Under the pieces are notes generated by a model, which searched no databases, was not told where the DNA came from, and worked only from the letters and a program-made list of their open reading frames with translations. Below are positions 1 to 9,335 of a stretch of DNA of 32,000 nt, one piece after another. The number at the start of each line of letters is the position of its first letter. The stretch's first letter is position 1. Position numbers and translations under genes: made by a program. The stretch spans positions 1,500,001 to 1,532,000 of the forward strand of contig NC_014729.1 of assembly GCF_000172995.2 (NCBI RefSeq), given 5' to 3'. The DNA comes from Halogeometricum borinquense DSM 11551. GTDB lineage: Archaea > Halobacteriota > Halobacteria > Halobacteriales > Haloferacaceae.

Positions 1-1
1 C

Positions 2-448
2 ATGATCATCGTCATCTCGCTTATTTCGTGGACGTACGGGACGCTGCTATTCGTTGAGGAAGGGCCGCAACCCGAGGAGACGATGGAAGTTCGCGTCGAG
101 GGCTACCAGTTCGGATGGCGATTTGTCTACCCGAACGGCTACACGCAGGACGGCGTTCTTCGGGTTCCGCAGAACGAGTCCGTCCGCTTGGTCGTCACCT
201 CCGACGACGTGTATCACAACTTCGGCGTTCCCGAGTTGCGAGTGAAGACGGATGCCATTCCCGGACAGCAGACGGATACCTGGTTCCGTGCGACGGAGAC
301 GGGCAACTACAGCGCCCAGTGTTACGAACTCTGCGGGTCCGGCCATTCGTTTATGACGGCGACAGTTGTGGTAATGGAACCTGACGAGTACGAATCGTGG
401 TACGAGAGCACGCAACCGAACACGACAACGGAGAACGCATCAGCATGA
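2..448 (+). CDS. coxB: cytochrome c oxidase subunit II, C-terminal CuA domain (5' end outside the window)
   Basis: ORF is open at the window start. It carries the CuA ligand motif [12 protein letters not shown]. Its stop overlaps the next gene's start as ATGA at 445-448. Confidence 0.9.
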   Translation: MIIVISLISWTYGTLLFVEEGPQPEETMEVRVEGYQFGWRFVYPNGYTQDGVLRVPQNESVRLVVTSDDVYHNFGVPELRVKTDAIPGQQTDTWFRATETGNYSAQCYELCGSGHSFMTATVVVMEPDEYESWYESTQPNTTTENASA

Positions 449-3066
449 GCGACGAGACACCGGAGAACGAGCACAGCAACCACACGACCGACGAGGATAC
501 GTCCTCGTCCGACCCGCGGTCTGACGGGGGACAGACAGGAGAGGCAACTGCATCTACCATCGGAAGCGAACTGACTGTCCCGGCAACGACAGACGATTAT
601 CCCACCGAATCGGCCTCGGAGTTCCCCGGGATGGGGAGCATTCGTCGGTGGTTCGTTACGACGAACCACAAAGACGTTGGCATCCTCTACATCGTCACGT
701 CGCTTTTCTTCTTGGTCCTTGGCGGCGTTCTCGCGTGGTTACTACGCATCCAACTGTGGGCACCGCGTACGCCGACAACGACAGTTCTGGGACCGATGGC
801 GTACAATCAGGCCGTCTCGGCACACGGCCTCATCATGGTGTTTTGGTTCCTCTCTCCGTTCGCGTTCGGCTTTGCAAACTACATTGTTCCGCTCCAGATT
901 GGGGCGAAAGACCTCGCATTCCCCCGACTCAACGCGCTCTCGTACTGGCTTTATCTCTTCTCGGGAATTCTGTTCGGCGTCTCCTTCTTCCAAGGCGGAA
1001 CGTTCTCCGGCGGATGGACGATGTACGCCCCGTTGAACGTCCCCACGTTCACACCGGATGTGGGGGCCAGTACAGCGGTGCTGGCGCTCGTCCTGTTCGT
1101 CGCCTCGGTAACCGTCTCCTCGGTCAACTTCCTCACGACGATGCACAAAATGCGGGCCGAAGGGTTGACACTCCGCAGACTGCCGCTTTTCACGTGGTCT
1201 ATCCTGTTGACCGTCTGGATGATGCTGTTCGCGTTCGCCGCCCTCCTCGCCGCACTCATCATTCTTTCGTCTGACCGACTGCTGGGAACGACCTACTTCG
1301 CGCTTGAGTCGCCCGCCGGGTCGATGCTGTGGGCGCACCTGTTCTGGTTCTTCGGCCACCCCGAGGTGTACATCGTGTTCTTCCCCGCGTTGGGTGTGAT
1401 GGCCGAGGTGTTCCAGACGTTCACCGGTCGCCGCATCGTCGGCCGCAAGTGGTTCATCGCCGCGATGGTGCTGGTTGCGCTCCAGAGTTTCGTCGTCTGG
1501 ATGCACCACATGTTCTTGACGACGATCAACCTCGAAATTAAGACGCTCTTTATGATCACCACCATCGGCATCTCCCTCCCGTTCGACCTGATGGTGTTCG
1601 CGCTCATCTACACGCTGCTGAAGGGGAAGATTCGCTTTACCACGCCGTTCCTGTTCGTGTTCGGCGCACTCCTCCTGTTCATTATCGGTGGCATTACTGG
1701 TGTCTTCCTCGGCGCTATCGTCTTAGACTACGAGTTCCGCGGGACGTACTGGGTCGTCGCCCACTTCCACTACGTGATGGTCGGCGGGGTCACTGCGCTC
1801 ATCGGTGGGCTGTACTACTGGTTCCCGAAGATTACCGGGCGGATGTACGACGAGTTCCTCGGGAAACTTCACTTCGGAATCTACTTCGTCGGCTTCAACC
1901 TGCTGTACTTCCCGCTTTTCGTCGCGTGGGAGACGCCACGCCGCGTATTCGACTACTCGGCCGGGCTTCAGATCTGGCACCAACTCGCCACTGTCGGCGG
2001 GTTCGTCCTCGGACTGTCCTTTGTCATCATGTTCTACAACCTGCTGAAGAGTTCGTTTTCGGGCGAACGCGTCGGCGACAACCCGTGGGAGTTCTCGACG
2101 ACCGCAGAGTGGGCCGTTCCCTCACCACCGCCACTGGAGAACTTCCCCGGACTGCCGACGTACCGCGACGGGTCGCTCGGATTCCGCGACGAATCGGGTG
2201 ACGGACACGCGGCGGCGGATGGCGGTGGTTCAGCAACAACTGACGGCGGCGTCGCAACCGCCACGCCGCCTGCCGACCACCACGAGGAGGAACATGCGAG
2301 TCACGCCAGTTTCTGGCCGTTCGTCGTCGGACTCGGCGTGTTCTTCCTGTTCCTCGGCCTCTCCGGCCTCCGTGACGCCGCGTTCCCCGAAGGGATGACG
2401 GGCGGTTTCTACCTCGGGTTTACCCTCCTCGGTGGGACCGTTACCCTCGCTTCACTCGTCTTCATGGCGCTTGAACCGTTCCACGGTCCCGAAGACGTTG
2501 CGGGCGAGGCGTGGCCGTTCGAAGGGCTGGAGTACGGGAAGATCGGGATGTGGATCTTCCTGACTTCTGACGTGGTGCTGTTCGGCGGATTCATCGGTGC
2601 GTACGTGTTCACGCGCGTCGCCTTCGGGTGGACGGCGTGGGAGCCAATCCCTTCGGATCCGATACCCGGTCTGATGAACACCTACCTGCTCTTGACGAGC
2701 AGTTTCACCGTCGTCCTCGCACTCGTTGCCGCCGAGAAGAAGAGTCGCTGGGGATTGGTCGCCAGCCTCGTCACGACGTTCGTTCTCGGCGTGGGATTCC
2801 TCGTCAACAAGGCAATCGAATGGGACCACCTGTTCCACGAGGGCTTGTGGCTCTCTACGAACGTGCGCGCTTCGACGTTCTTCCTCACCACGGGGTTGCA
2901 CGCCGCGCACGTCATCGCGGGGCTAGTCGTGACATTGTATCTCATCGCACGCGCGTGGCGGGGGGCGTACTTGGAGGACAACAGTTCGGTGGAGTACTTC
3001 GGACTCTACTGGCACTTCGTGGACATCGTCTGGCTGTTCCTGTTCCCGCTGTTCTACATCCTGTGA
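445..3066 (+). CDS. coxA: heme-copper oxidase subunit I fused to subunit III
   Basis: Subunit I motifs present: [31 protein letters not shown]. After a Gly/Ala/Thr/His-rich linker comes a subunit-III-like 5-TM domain ([14 protein letters not shown] ... [17 protein letters not shown]). ATG at 445 is preferred over 397 because of the ATGA coupling with coxB. Confidence 0.9.
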   Translation: MSDETPENEHSNHTTDEDTSSSDPRSDGGQTGEATASTIGSELTVPATTDDYPTESASEFPGMGSIRRWFVTTNHKDVGILYIVTSLFFLVLGGVLAWLLRIQLWAPRTPTTTVLGPMAYNQAVSAHGLIMVFWFLSPFAFGFANYIVPLQIGAKDLAFPRLNALSYWLYLFSGILFGVSFFQGGTFSGGWTMYAPLNVPTFTPDVGASTAVLALVLFVASVTVSSVNFLTTMHKMRAEGLTLRRLPLFTWSILLTVWMMLFAFAALLAALIILSSDRLLGTTYFALESPAGSMLWAHLFWFFGHPEVYIVFFPALGVMAEVFQTFTGRRIVGRKWFIAAMVLVALQSFVVWMHHMFLTTINLEIKTLFMITTIGISLPFDLMVFALIYTLLKGKIRFTTPFLFVFGALLLFIIGGITGVFLGAIVLDYEFRGTYWVVAHFHYVMVGGVTALIGGLYYWFPKITGRMYDEFLGKLHFGIYFVGFNLLYFPLFVAWETPRRVFDYSAGLQIWHQLATVGGFVLGLSFVIMFYNLLKSSFSGERVGDNPWEFSTTAEWAVPSPPPLENFPGLPTYRDGSLGFRDESGDGHAAADGGGSATTDGGVATATPPADHHEEEHASHASFWPFVVGLGVFFLFLGLSGLRDAAFPEGMTGGFYLGFTLLGGTVTLASLVFMALEPFHGPEDVAGEAWPFEGLEYGKIGMWIFLTSDVVLFGGFIGAYVFTRVAFGWTAWEPIPSDPIPGLMNTYLLLTSSFTVVLALVAAEKKSRWGLVASLVTTFVLGVGFLVNKAIEWDHLFHEGLWLSTNVRASTFFLTTGLHAAHVIAGLVVTLYLIARAWRGAYLEDNSSVEYFGLYWHFVDIVWLFLFPLFYIL

Positions 3067-3077
3067 GGTGACAGAAA

Positions 3078-3338
3078 ATGACAAACACGAAACTGTACAC
3101 GATAATCTACGTGGTGTTGTTCGCCTCGGCGACGGTCCAAGTGCTGGTCGAGTTCGCCGGGGTGGCGTACTGGACGGCGTTCGGACTCATCATCGTCCTG
3201 TCAGCGGTGAAGGCGGTACTCGTCGCCGCCTACTTTCAGCACTTGCGGTGGGAACCGCGTTCGCTCACCTATCTCGTGGGTATCGGTCTTGCGGCGGCGT
3301 TGGCGCTCACCCTCGCGGCGTCGTACTCCATCCTGTGA
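3078..3338 (+). CDS. small 3-TM protein, prokaryotic cytochrome oxidase subunit IV-like
   Basis: 86 aa with three hydrophobic helices. Starts 12 nt after the coxA stop, with GGTGA upstream. Size and topology match the bacterial caa3/aa3 subunit IV family. Assignment rests on context and topology only. Confidence 0.6.
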   Translation: MTNTKLYTIIYVVLFASATVQVLVEFAGVAYWTAFGLIIVLSAVKAVLVAAYFQHLRWEPRSLTYLVGIGLAAALALTLAASYSIL

Positions 3339-3340
3339 CG

Positions 3341-3562
3341 ATGAGCGCGAACGCCCACCCGTCCTCGAACCGCCTCGACCGAACTGCTATCGGCTACGCC
3401 CTGCTGTTCTCGGTCCCGATGGCTGTCGGCATCACCCTCATGATGCTCAAGGTAGTCGGCGGGCCGCTTTCGGCACCGCTCGTTTTCGCACCGGGCGTCG
3501 TCGTCGCCGCCGCTGTTTTCCTCTTCGTCGTCGTCGCCGCAGCACGCGGCGAACCGGATTGA
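3341..3562 (+). CDS. small 2-TM membrane protein, last gene of the cox cluster
   Basis: Internal ATG at 3341 lies 2 nt after the previous stop. The 73-aa product (MSANAHPSSNRLDRTAIGYALLFSVPMAV...) is hydrophobic. The upstream part of the 3068 ORF overlaps the subunit-IV-like gene and is Arg-rich, so it is likely a shadow ORF. Confidence 0.5.
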   Translation: MSANAHPSSNRLDRTAIGYALLFSVPMAVGITLMMLKVVGGPLSAPLVFAPGVVVAAAVFLFVVVAAARGEPD

Positions 3563-3661
3563 TACCCACCCGCGCTAAAGCACGGAGCTTTCTGCTTGCA
3601 CTTCCGTAAGCGCCGCCACCGATAGTGACACCCGACCACCTATGCGCTTTGTCGTGATCCC

Positions 3662-4228
3662 TTATGACTCAGCTACGTCGGCCACCATCTGGCGACGGGT
3701 TGTTTCGAACCCGAGCGATTCGTAGAAGGCGACGGCGCGACCGTTGTCTACGTCCACGTCGAGGGCGAGTTCCGAACAGCCGCGCTCCCGCGCATCCTCG
3801 GCGGCCCGCCGGACGAGTTCGTTCGCAAGCCCGGTCCCTCGATACGGTTCACACACGAAGATGTCACCAACGCACAGTCGATCCGTACGGTCGAAGACGC
3901 TTGGGGCCTCAGAGCATTCGGTCGTGACGAATCCGACCGGAACCGTCTCAGGGTCGGAGAACGCGCCGGTGTCGGCATCCGGAACGTGGTCGTTCACCGT
4001 TTCGTTTGCATCTGTCGTGTTGCTCTCGTCGAACGCGACCCACACCCGGTGTCCCTCCCTGTTGAGCCAGTCGAGTCGGAACGCGACTTCCTCGGTTACG
4101 ATATCGACATCGTCAGCCAGGGCGTGGGTTTCAACGGTCGCTTCGAGTTCCCGATGATAGGGCAGCCACAGCTCTTCGACGTATCGACGGACGGCCGATT
4201 CGTTAGCTGGGAGATGACGGAGTTTCAT
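3662..4228 (-). CDS. GNAT family N-acetyltransferase
   Basis: Acetyl-CoA binding region VCEPYRGTGLANELVRRAAEDARERGCSELALDVDVDNGRAVAFYESLGF. Start chosen at MKLRHL (4228), not the upstream M at 4258. Confidence 0.8.
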   Translation of the reverse strand: MKLRHLPANESAVRRYVEELWLPYHRELEATVETHALADDVDIVTEEVAFRLDWLNREGHRVWVAFDESNTTDANETVNDHVPDADTGAFSDPETVPVGFVTTECSEAPSVFDRTDRLCVGDIFVCEPYRGTGLANELVRRAAEDARERGCSELALDVDVDNGRAVAFYESLGFETTRRQMVADVAES

Positions 4229-4549
4229 GAGAGATAAACGACACGAACCGATATTCACTTTTCGGTCGCCTGTCCAATAATTTGAATATTTTTGACAATA
4301 ATCCTCTTGGGGGGACTCTTTGATTCAGTCGAACCGAACTCTTGTGACGGCGTTCTATTCGAGCAGTGGCGGTTACCGTCGTGTTTGTGGATTTCGGGGT
4401 ATCTCTCGAAGTGGTCGTAGTGGCGGGAGTCCCGGACTTCTCGAAGGTTATACTGGCGAGATGTATCGGAGATGTCCCGAGCTAATCGAAGCATGACTGC
4501 AAGCGCTAGTCTGTTCAATCGGGTCCTTTGTACAACACCGCCGACTGGA

Positions 4550-4557
4550 TTTATATT
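4550..4557 (+). promoter_or_regulatory. TATA-like box (TTTATATT) about 25 nt upstream of the ATG at 4580
   Basis: AT-rich octamer at the spacing expected for a leaderless haloarchaeal transcript. Position-based only. Confidence 0.3.
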
Positions 4558-4579
4558 GTTTCTTGATAATATACAACGT

Positions 4580-4780
4580 ATGAACGGAGAGACGGTCACG
4601 CTCGGCACGTCAATGGCTCTTATCTTCGCTGGACTCCTCGCCCTCCTCTACGGCGAGTATGCCGGGCTTACGGTGACGTTCGTTCCAACTGGTGGCGTCG
4701 TCGTCCTCGTCGGGATCGGTATCCTCACGGCCTACATCGCACGTCTTCCCGAACCTGACGACACCGATGCAGGGCACTGA
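4580..4780 (+). CDS. small 2-TM membrane protein
   Basis: 66 aa from the internal ATG (MNGETVTLGTSMALIFAGLLALLYGEY...). Strong GC third-position bias, two hydrophobic helices and an acidic tail. Confidence 0.5.
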   Translation: MNGETVTLGTSMALIFAGLLALLYGEYAGLTVTFVPTGGVVVLVGIGILTAYIARLPEPDDTDAGH

Positions 4781-4813
4781 TAGGGCGGTTTTGGGGTCGG
4801 TTTCCGCGTCGGT

Positions 4814-5122
4814 TCATCCGGCGATACTGAACCCGATAATGCCGAGGATGATGAACGCGGCGTACACCGACCCTAACGCCGCCACTACCTTCAGGTGATA
4901 GAGAAACAGTTCGTCTGCTTCCTCGTCGAGCGCGGACTCGTAGGCGTCTCGTTCGCCCGGCGTCCACTCGTCCGCGTGCGCCTCGCCGACGTGGAGAACG
5001 CGGAGCCTGTCGGTTCGGAACGGTCGGTCGCAGTACGGACACGTCGTGACGGGTGTTTCGTCCGGTTCGATGTTCGTCTCGGGGCGAATCTGGTTCTGTT
5101 TTTGGCTCGATTTTTCGATCAT
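4814..5122 (-). CDS. C2H2 zinc-finger protein with a C-terminal transmembrane helix
   Basis: CPYCDRPF...LHVGEAH matches the C2H2 pattern. C-terminal hydrophobic helix VVAALGSVYAAFIILGIIGFSIAG. Its start overlaps the upstream gene's stop (ATGA at 5119-5122). Confidence 0.7.
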   Translation of the reverse strand: MIEKSSQKQNQIRPETNIEPDETPVTTCPYCDRPFRTDRLRVLHVGEAHADEWTPGERDAYESALDEEADELFLYHLKVVAALGSVYAAFIILGIIGFSIAG

Positions 5123-6564
5123 GGCAGGGAATCTGCGACCGGTTGGGCGACGACCCAGAGGCTAGTCATCGTGTACAGGACAGTGACGGCGACGAACGGG
5201 TACTGACTGCGGAGCGGTTGGAGTCTGCCGGGGAAGACATCGAACGACCGCGTGTGAGCGATCCAGATGGCGAGGAGATGCCCGCCGACGACAAATCCGA
5301 GTTGCACCGCGCCGAACCACGACGGAAGCGCAAGAACTGGTATGGCTGCGGGCGGGGACAGCGGTGCGGTGGCGACAGCAACGAACGCCGGAGCGAGACC
5401 GAGAAAGTAGCCGAGAAAGTGCGCGAGGTGGTACCCGGCGGCGATGGGAAGCAGCGCCGGCGCGAACCATCGGGCGACGAAATCGGCGGTGACGTACGTG
5501 TCAGCCGTCCGCCGCGCGACTCGGGCGGCGACCCGGTAGACGGCGAGAAAGCAGGCGAATCCGACGAACGCGATGGCGAGGCTGAGAAGCCATCCCGGAA
5601 TGCCGACGGCGACGACACTCGCTTGCAACTCCTGCCACGCGACGGTAGCGACGAAGCCGTCGTACGTCGTCACCCACAGGAGGGCGACGACGAACGCCAC
5701 CTCTCCGTCGCGCATCGGTTTCGGGTAGCGGGCGAGGACTGATCCCGGAACCGAGACGGAGATGCCGTCGCCGTCGCGTTGAATCGGTGCGAGGAGTCCG
5801 TACAGATGGAACACACGGGTCACAGGGTCGATTCGCTCGAACCACGCCGACCCGTAGCGTACCGCTCCACCGACAGTGACAGCGGTGTACCCGAGAACGG
5901 CGACAGCGAGGGTCTGCGGGTTTGAGGCGACAGGGCTGACGACTTCCACCCAGACGAGAGTGATGAGACCGACGACCGCCGGCCACGACCCGACGCGTTC
6001 GGAAAGTGGACGTGACTCTCGGGAGAAGCGTGACTGCCACGAGAGGGAGCGACCGACTGCGCGCGCGAGTGCCCGCCACGGGTTGACGAGTGGCCAGAGG
6101 TTCACGACCAGATACGTGAACATCGTGAATCCGGCCCACCACCCCACCCAGACAGTGAGAACCGCGAAATTCGCAAGTGGAACCGCGGGACCGGTGACCC
6201 CGAACCAGACCACTGCGGCGAGGACAGCGAGGCTCACGACGGGTCCCACGTAGCTGAGGTTCGAGCGGATTAGGGACTTGCTAAGGTCGAGTCTGCGTCG
6301 CTGGTTGGCAACGGCGTCGAGTATCTCAGTGTCGGTGACAAAACTGGAGAACAGAAAGGAGACGCCGACGACGCCGCCGCCCGAGAGGACAACCAACCAG
6401 AACGGGACCGGAGCCGACTGTAGCGACCCAGCGAGTGACCCCGCGTGCGCGAGAACCGGCCGGGAAAGCGCGGCCACACCGACGACAGTAACGGCGAGGC
6501 TCCCGAACTGTCTCAGGCAGGCGGCGACGGCGGGTCGGAGGTGACGAGCGAGCGTGCGGAGCAT
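5119..6564 (-). CDS. polytopic integral membrane protein (more than 10 predicted helices), unknown function
   Basis: 481 aa, strongly hydrophobic throughout. Translationally coupled to the zinc-finger gene. All + strand ORFs over this span are Arg-rich shadows. Confidence 0.75.
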   Translation of the reverse strand: MLRTLARHLRPAVAACLRQFGSLAVTVVGVAALSRPVLAHAGSLAGSLQSAPVPFWLVVLSGGGVVGVSFLFSSFVTDTEILDAVANQRRRLDLSKSLIRSNLSYVGPVVSLAVLAAVVWFGVTGPAVPLANFAVLTVWVGWWAGFTMFTYLVVNLWPLVNPWRALARAVGRSLSWQSRFSRESRPLSERVGSWPAVVGLITLVWVEVVSPVASNPQTLAVAVLGYTAVTVGGAVRYGSAWFERIDPVTRVFHLYGLLAPIQRDGDGISVSVPGSVLARYPKPMRDGEVAFVVALLWVTTYDGFVATVAWQELQASVVAVGIPGWLLSLAIAFVGFACFLAVYRVAARVARRTADTYVTADFVARWFAPALLPIAAGYHLAHFLGYFLGLAPAFVAVATAPLSPPAAIPVLALPSWFGAVQLGFVVGGHLLAIWIAHTRSFDVFPGRLQPLRSQYPFVAVTVLYTMTSLWVVAQPVADSLP

Positions 6565-6582
6565 CGAGGTGAGCGAACGCGC

Positions 6583-7023
6583 TCAGAACAATCCGAGCAG
6601 TTTCAAAGCGATGGCGACGACGAACAGCATACCGAGAGCCCACGCGCCGAGGAAGGCGGCCTGCGCGTTCTTGAGGCCGCGACTTCGTGCGGACACGAAC
6701 GTCCCGTAGAAGACGTAGAGGATAAGGATGAGCGTCGTCCCTGCGACGAGGAACGCGCCACCGATGGCCGCCATTCCTTCCGGAACTTCGGCACCAGCCA
6801 CGAACAGAACGGCCGCGGTGCCGAATGCGAGTGCGGCGACGAGAAACGCCGCGGTCCACATCATAGGGCTGTCGGCACCGCGAGTCAGTACCGACCCGGA
6901 CTCCCGCGTCGTCCACCCGCCTGCGACGGAGTAGTTTCGCCACCCGCGGCCGATGAGAACAACTACGGCGGCGATGAGACTGACTCCGAGTACGAAACTG
7001 ACGAGCAACGATTCTTGTGCCAT
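6583..7023 (-). CDS. 4-TM membrane protein, first gene of the 7023-4814 minus-strand operon
   Basis: 146 aa with four hydrophobic segments. Ends 18 nt upstream of the next gene's start. Confidence 0.65.
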   Translation of the reverse strand: MAQESLLVSFVLGVSLIAAVVVLIGRGWRNYSVAGGWTTRESGSVLTRGADSPMMWTAAFLVAALAFGTAAVLFVAGAEVPEGMAAIGGAFLVAGTTLILILYVFYGTFVSARSRGLKNAQAAFLGAWALGMLFVVAIALKLLGLF

Positions 7024-7348
7024 GTGAACACTCTCCTATGACGAATAATTATTCTGGTAAGCGTCATAAACTGTTCGCCCACTGGCCTGCGATATCGCCG
7101 TACTGTAAGTTGCCACCCCGTCTGCATGGAGTCATCTCCAGTTCGTTGTCCACGTCCCCAGACGATAGCGTGTGGTCGGTTGCGTTCCGCATCCGGTCAG
7201 GTGTGTGTCTAGTTACCGCCGATCTGAAGCGAAACGCACGGGGAGGGTGGGAGACGGCCGAAAATCAGTACTCGGACGCCCGTGAGCCGTCCGGATCGGT
7301 CATCTGCGAAACGTGATTCTTAAGGGTCGCACGAGTAATGTTCCGCGT

Positions 7349-8332
7349 ATGAGTGACGAACAGCAGGCGGAAGCCGCAGAGCAGGCAGACGCCGATGCAA
7401 CGGAGGATGTCGAAAAAGAGACCGAGGGCGGAATTCAGGACGATGATTTCGTCCGACTCGCCTACACGGTCCGAACGGTCGAAGACGACACCGTCGTCGA
7501 TACGACTGACGAAGCGGTCGCCGAAGAGGCCGAAATAGACACAGACGAGTACGAGTTCGAGCCCCGAACCATCATCGTCGGCGCGGGTCACATCTTCGAG
7601 TCGGTCGATGACGAACTCATCGGCTCGGAGGTCGGTGACTCCGGTACCGTCGAGATTCCGGCCGCCGAGGCGTTCGGCGAGTTCGACGACGACGAGGTTC
7701 GCACGGTCAGCGCGAACAAAATCGCAGAAGACGACCGCTACCCCGGCGCACAGGTGCAGGTAGACGGCGAACAGGGTCGCGTCGAGACGATCATCGGCGG
7801 CCGCGCCCGCGTCAACTTCAACCACCCGCTCGCGGGTGAGGACCTCGAATACGAGTACGAGGTTCTCGAACTCGTCGAGGACCGCGAGGAGCAGGCTGGC
7901 GGCCTCCTCGGGATGTACCTCCAGCAGGTCCCTGACGTGTGGATTCAGACGGACGAAGTCGAGGAAGAGCAAGTCGTCGAGTCCGACGAGGACGAAGACG
8001 AGGACGCAGAACCCGAGACGGAGACCGTCACGGTCGATAAAGAGACGCTGTACATCGAGGCCACGCCGCAGATGACGATGAACCAGCAGTGGATGTTCTC
8101 GAAACAGCAGATCGCACAGGACCTCATGGACCGTCTCGACCTCGACCGCGTCATCGTCCAAGAGACCATCGACGGGATGGGTGGCATGATGGGCGGTATG
8201 GGCGGTATGATGGGCGGCATGGGCGGCGGTGCCGACGCCGCGGACATCGAGGAAGCCATCGAAGACGTTGACGTGGACGCCGACGAACTCGTCGAAGAAC
8301 TCGAAGACGAAGTCGACGGCGACGACGAGTAA
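7349..8332 (+). CDS. long FKBP-type peptidyl-prolyl cis-trans isomerase (SlyD-like, with insert-in-flap domain and an acidic C-terminal extension)
   Basis: Typical archaeal FKBP segments: DFVRLAYTVRT, IIVGAGHIFESVDDELIG, FGEFDDDEV, GRARVNFNHPLAGEDLEYEYEVLEL. Start taken at MSDEQQ (7349). Confidence 0.85.
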   Translation: MSDEQQAEAAEQADADATEDVEKETEGGIQDDDFVRLAYTVRTVEDDTVVDTTDEAVAEEAEIDTDEYEFEPRTIIVGAGHIFESVDDELIGSEVGDSGTVEIPAAEAFGEFDDDEVRTVSANKIAEDDRYPGAQVQVDGEQGRVETIIGGRARVNFNHPLAGEDLEYEYEVLELVEDREEQAGGLLGMYLQQVPDVWIQTDEVEEEQVVESDEDEDEDAEPETETVTVDKETLYIEATPQMTMNQQWMFSKQQIAQDLMDRLDLDRVIVQETIDGMGGMMGGMGGMMGGMGGGADAADIEEAIEDVDVDADELVEELEDEVDGDDE

Positions 8333-8390
8333 TCCACGACACGAATCCGGCGCTTTCTTTGGTAGTTCACGACGACCGGAACGGAGAGAG

Positions 8391-8666
8391 ATGTCAACCA
8401 ACGACTCAGCCGCGACGATACCCGTCTCGGACGACCTGAAAATCGCTGCCGTCGCCGCCGGGTGTACCGTCGCGTTCACGCTCGTCCTCCGTTTCGGACT
8501 CGCCGCACGCAACGTTTCATTTCTCGTCCGCCTGCTTCCACTCGTGCCGTACTTTCTGTACGTGTTCACCCGACGCATCGATCTCGGGTCGCTGGACACC
8601 GTTCGAAACTGGTCGGTGCTGACGCTTCTCATCACGATCATCGGGTTGGGATTCTACGCGATCTGA
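8391..8666 (+). CDS. small membrane protein (about 3 TM)
   Basis: Internal ATG at 8391 gives 91 aa (MSTNDSAATIPVSDDLKIAAVAAGCTVAF...). Hydrophobic, with GC3 bias. The upstream part of the ORF overlaps the FKBP 3' end. Confidence 0.5.
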   Translation: MSTNDSAATIPVSDDLKIAAVAAGCTVAFTLVLRFGLAARNVSFLVRLLPLVPYFLYVFTRRIDLGSLDTVRNWSVLTLLITIIGLGFYAI

Positions 8667-8687
8667 TCTCCGCTTGACACTCGTCGG

Positions 8688-9311
8688 TCAGGCGATATCT
8701 CGACTGGTATCGACGGCGACTTCCTCTGCGAGGCGGAGTTTAATCGTCTCGTCGGGAGCGCGTCCGCCGCGGAACTTCGGCACCGCAAGGCGGTTCTCGA
8801 TCTCCGTGCCATCGACCGTTGTCTGCAGGTCGAACACGACATCGGCCATGTGTTTCGTGTACTTCCGGTTCGCCGGGTCGTCACCCTTCATCCCGTGAAG
8901 GATGGCGAGACCGCCGGTGTTGACCATGTGCGTCTGTAGTTCGTTCAGGAAGGTGCGGTATCGCACCGGGTCCGTCGCTTCCAACACGTCCACCACGTCG
9001 ATGATGAGGTTCGCTCGCTCCGGCAGATCGTGGATGAGTTTGTTCGCTACGTCGAGAGGTGCTTCACCGCCCACGTCGCGGATCGTCGGCGATCCTGTGC
9101 GGCCGAGCGTCCGTCCGATAGCGTCTTGCACCGCTTGGCCCGAACGAAGCGTCGTCAGATAGAGCGTGCCGCGGACCGCTGTGAGTTCGTAGAGGAACAA
9201 CTCCGATTGACTCGCGGGGTCAGCGTTGAGGAAGACGGTACTTCCGGCGGGGAGACCACCGCCGAGTTCCCGGTCCAGAACCGTGATTCCAGTTGAGAGT
9301 TGTTCCGACAC
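8688..9311 (-). CDS. KaiC/Rad55/RecA-superfamily protein with a degenerate Walker A
   Basis: The N-terminus TGITVLDRELGGGLPAGSTVFLNADPASQSE follows the KaiC/RadA-like pattern (G...LD..LGGG.P.G). The P-loop GxxGxGKT is replaced by ADPASQSE. The C-terminus RLAVPKFRGGRAP is typical of the family. Confidence 0.75.
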   Translation of the reverse strand: MSEQLSTGITVLDRELGGGLPAGSTVFLNADPASQSELFLYELTAVRGTLYLTTLRSGQAVQDAIGRTLGRTGSPTIRDVGGEAPLDVANKLIHDLPERANLIIDVVDVLEATDPVRYRTFLNELQTHMVNTGGLAILHGMKGDDPANRKYTKHMADVVFDLQTTVDGTEIENRLAVPKFRGGRAPDETIKLRLAEEVAVDTSRDIA

Positions 9312-9335
9312 GACAAGGAGTACGACAGTCAGGGT

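Noticed and set aside
397-444. Upstream ATG at 397 as the coxA start.
   Set aside because: It would overlap coxB by 52 nt. The ATG at 445 forms the classic ATGA stop/start overlap.
7265-8641. 458-aa ORF on the minus strand, plus similar long antisense ORFs at 742-1509, 12626-13090, 14264-15316, 16332-17111, 17362-18801 and 19803-20738.
   Set aside because: Each lies antisense to a gene with clear family motifs (FKBP, CoxA, TnpB, Dph2, MBL, coiled-coil protein, TrpRS). Their translations are Arg/Val/Gly-rich with no motifs, which is typical of shadow ORFs in high-GC DNA.
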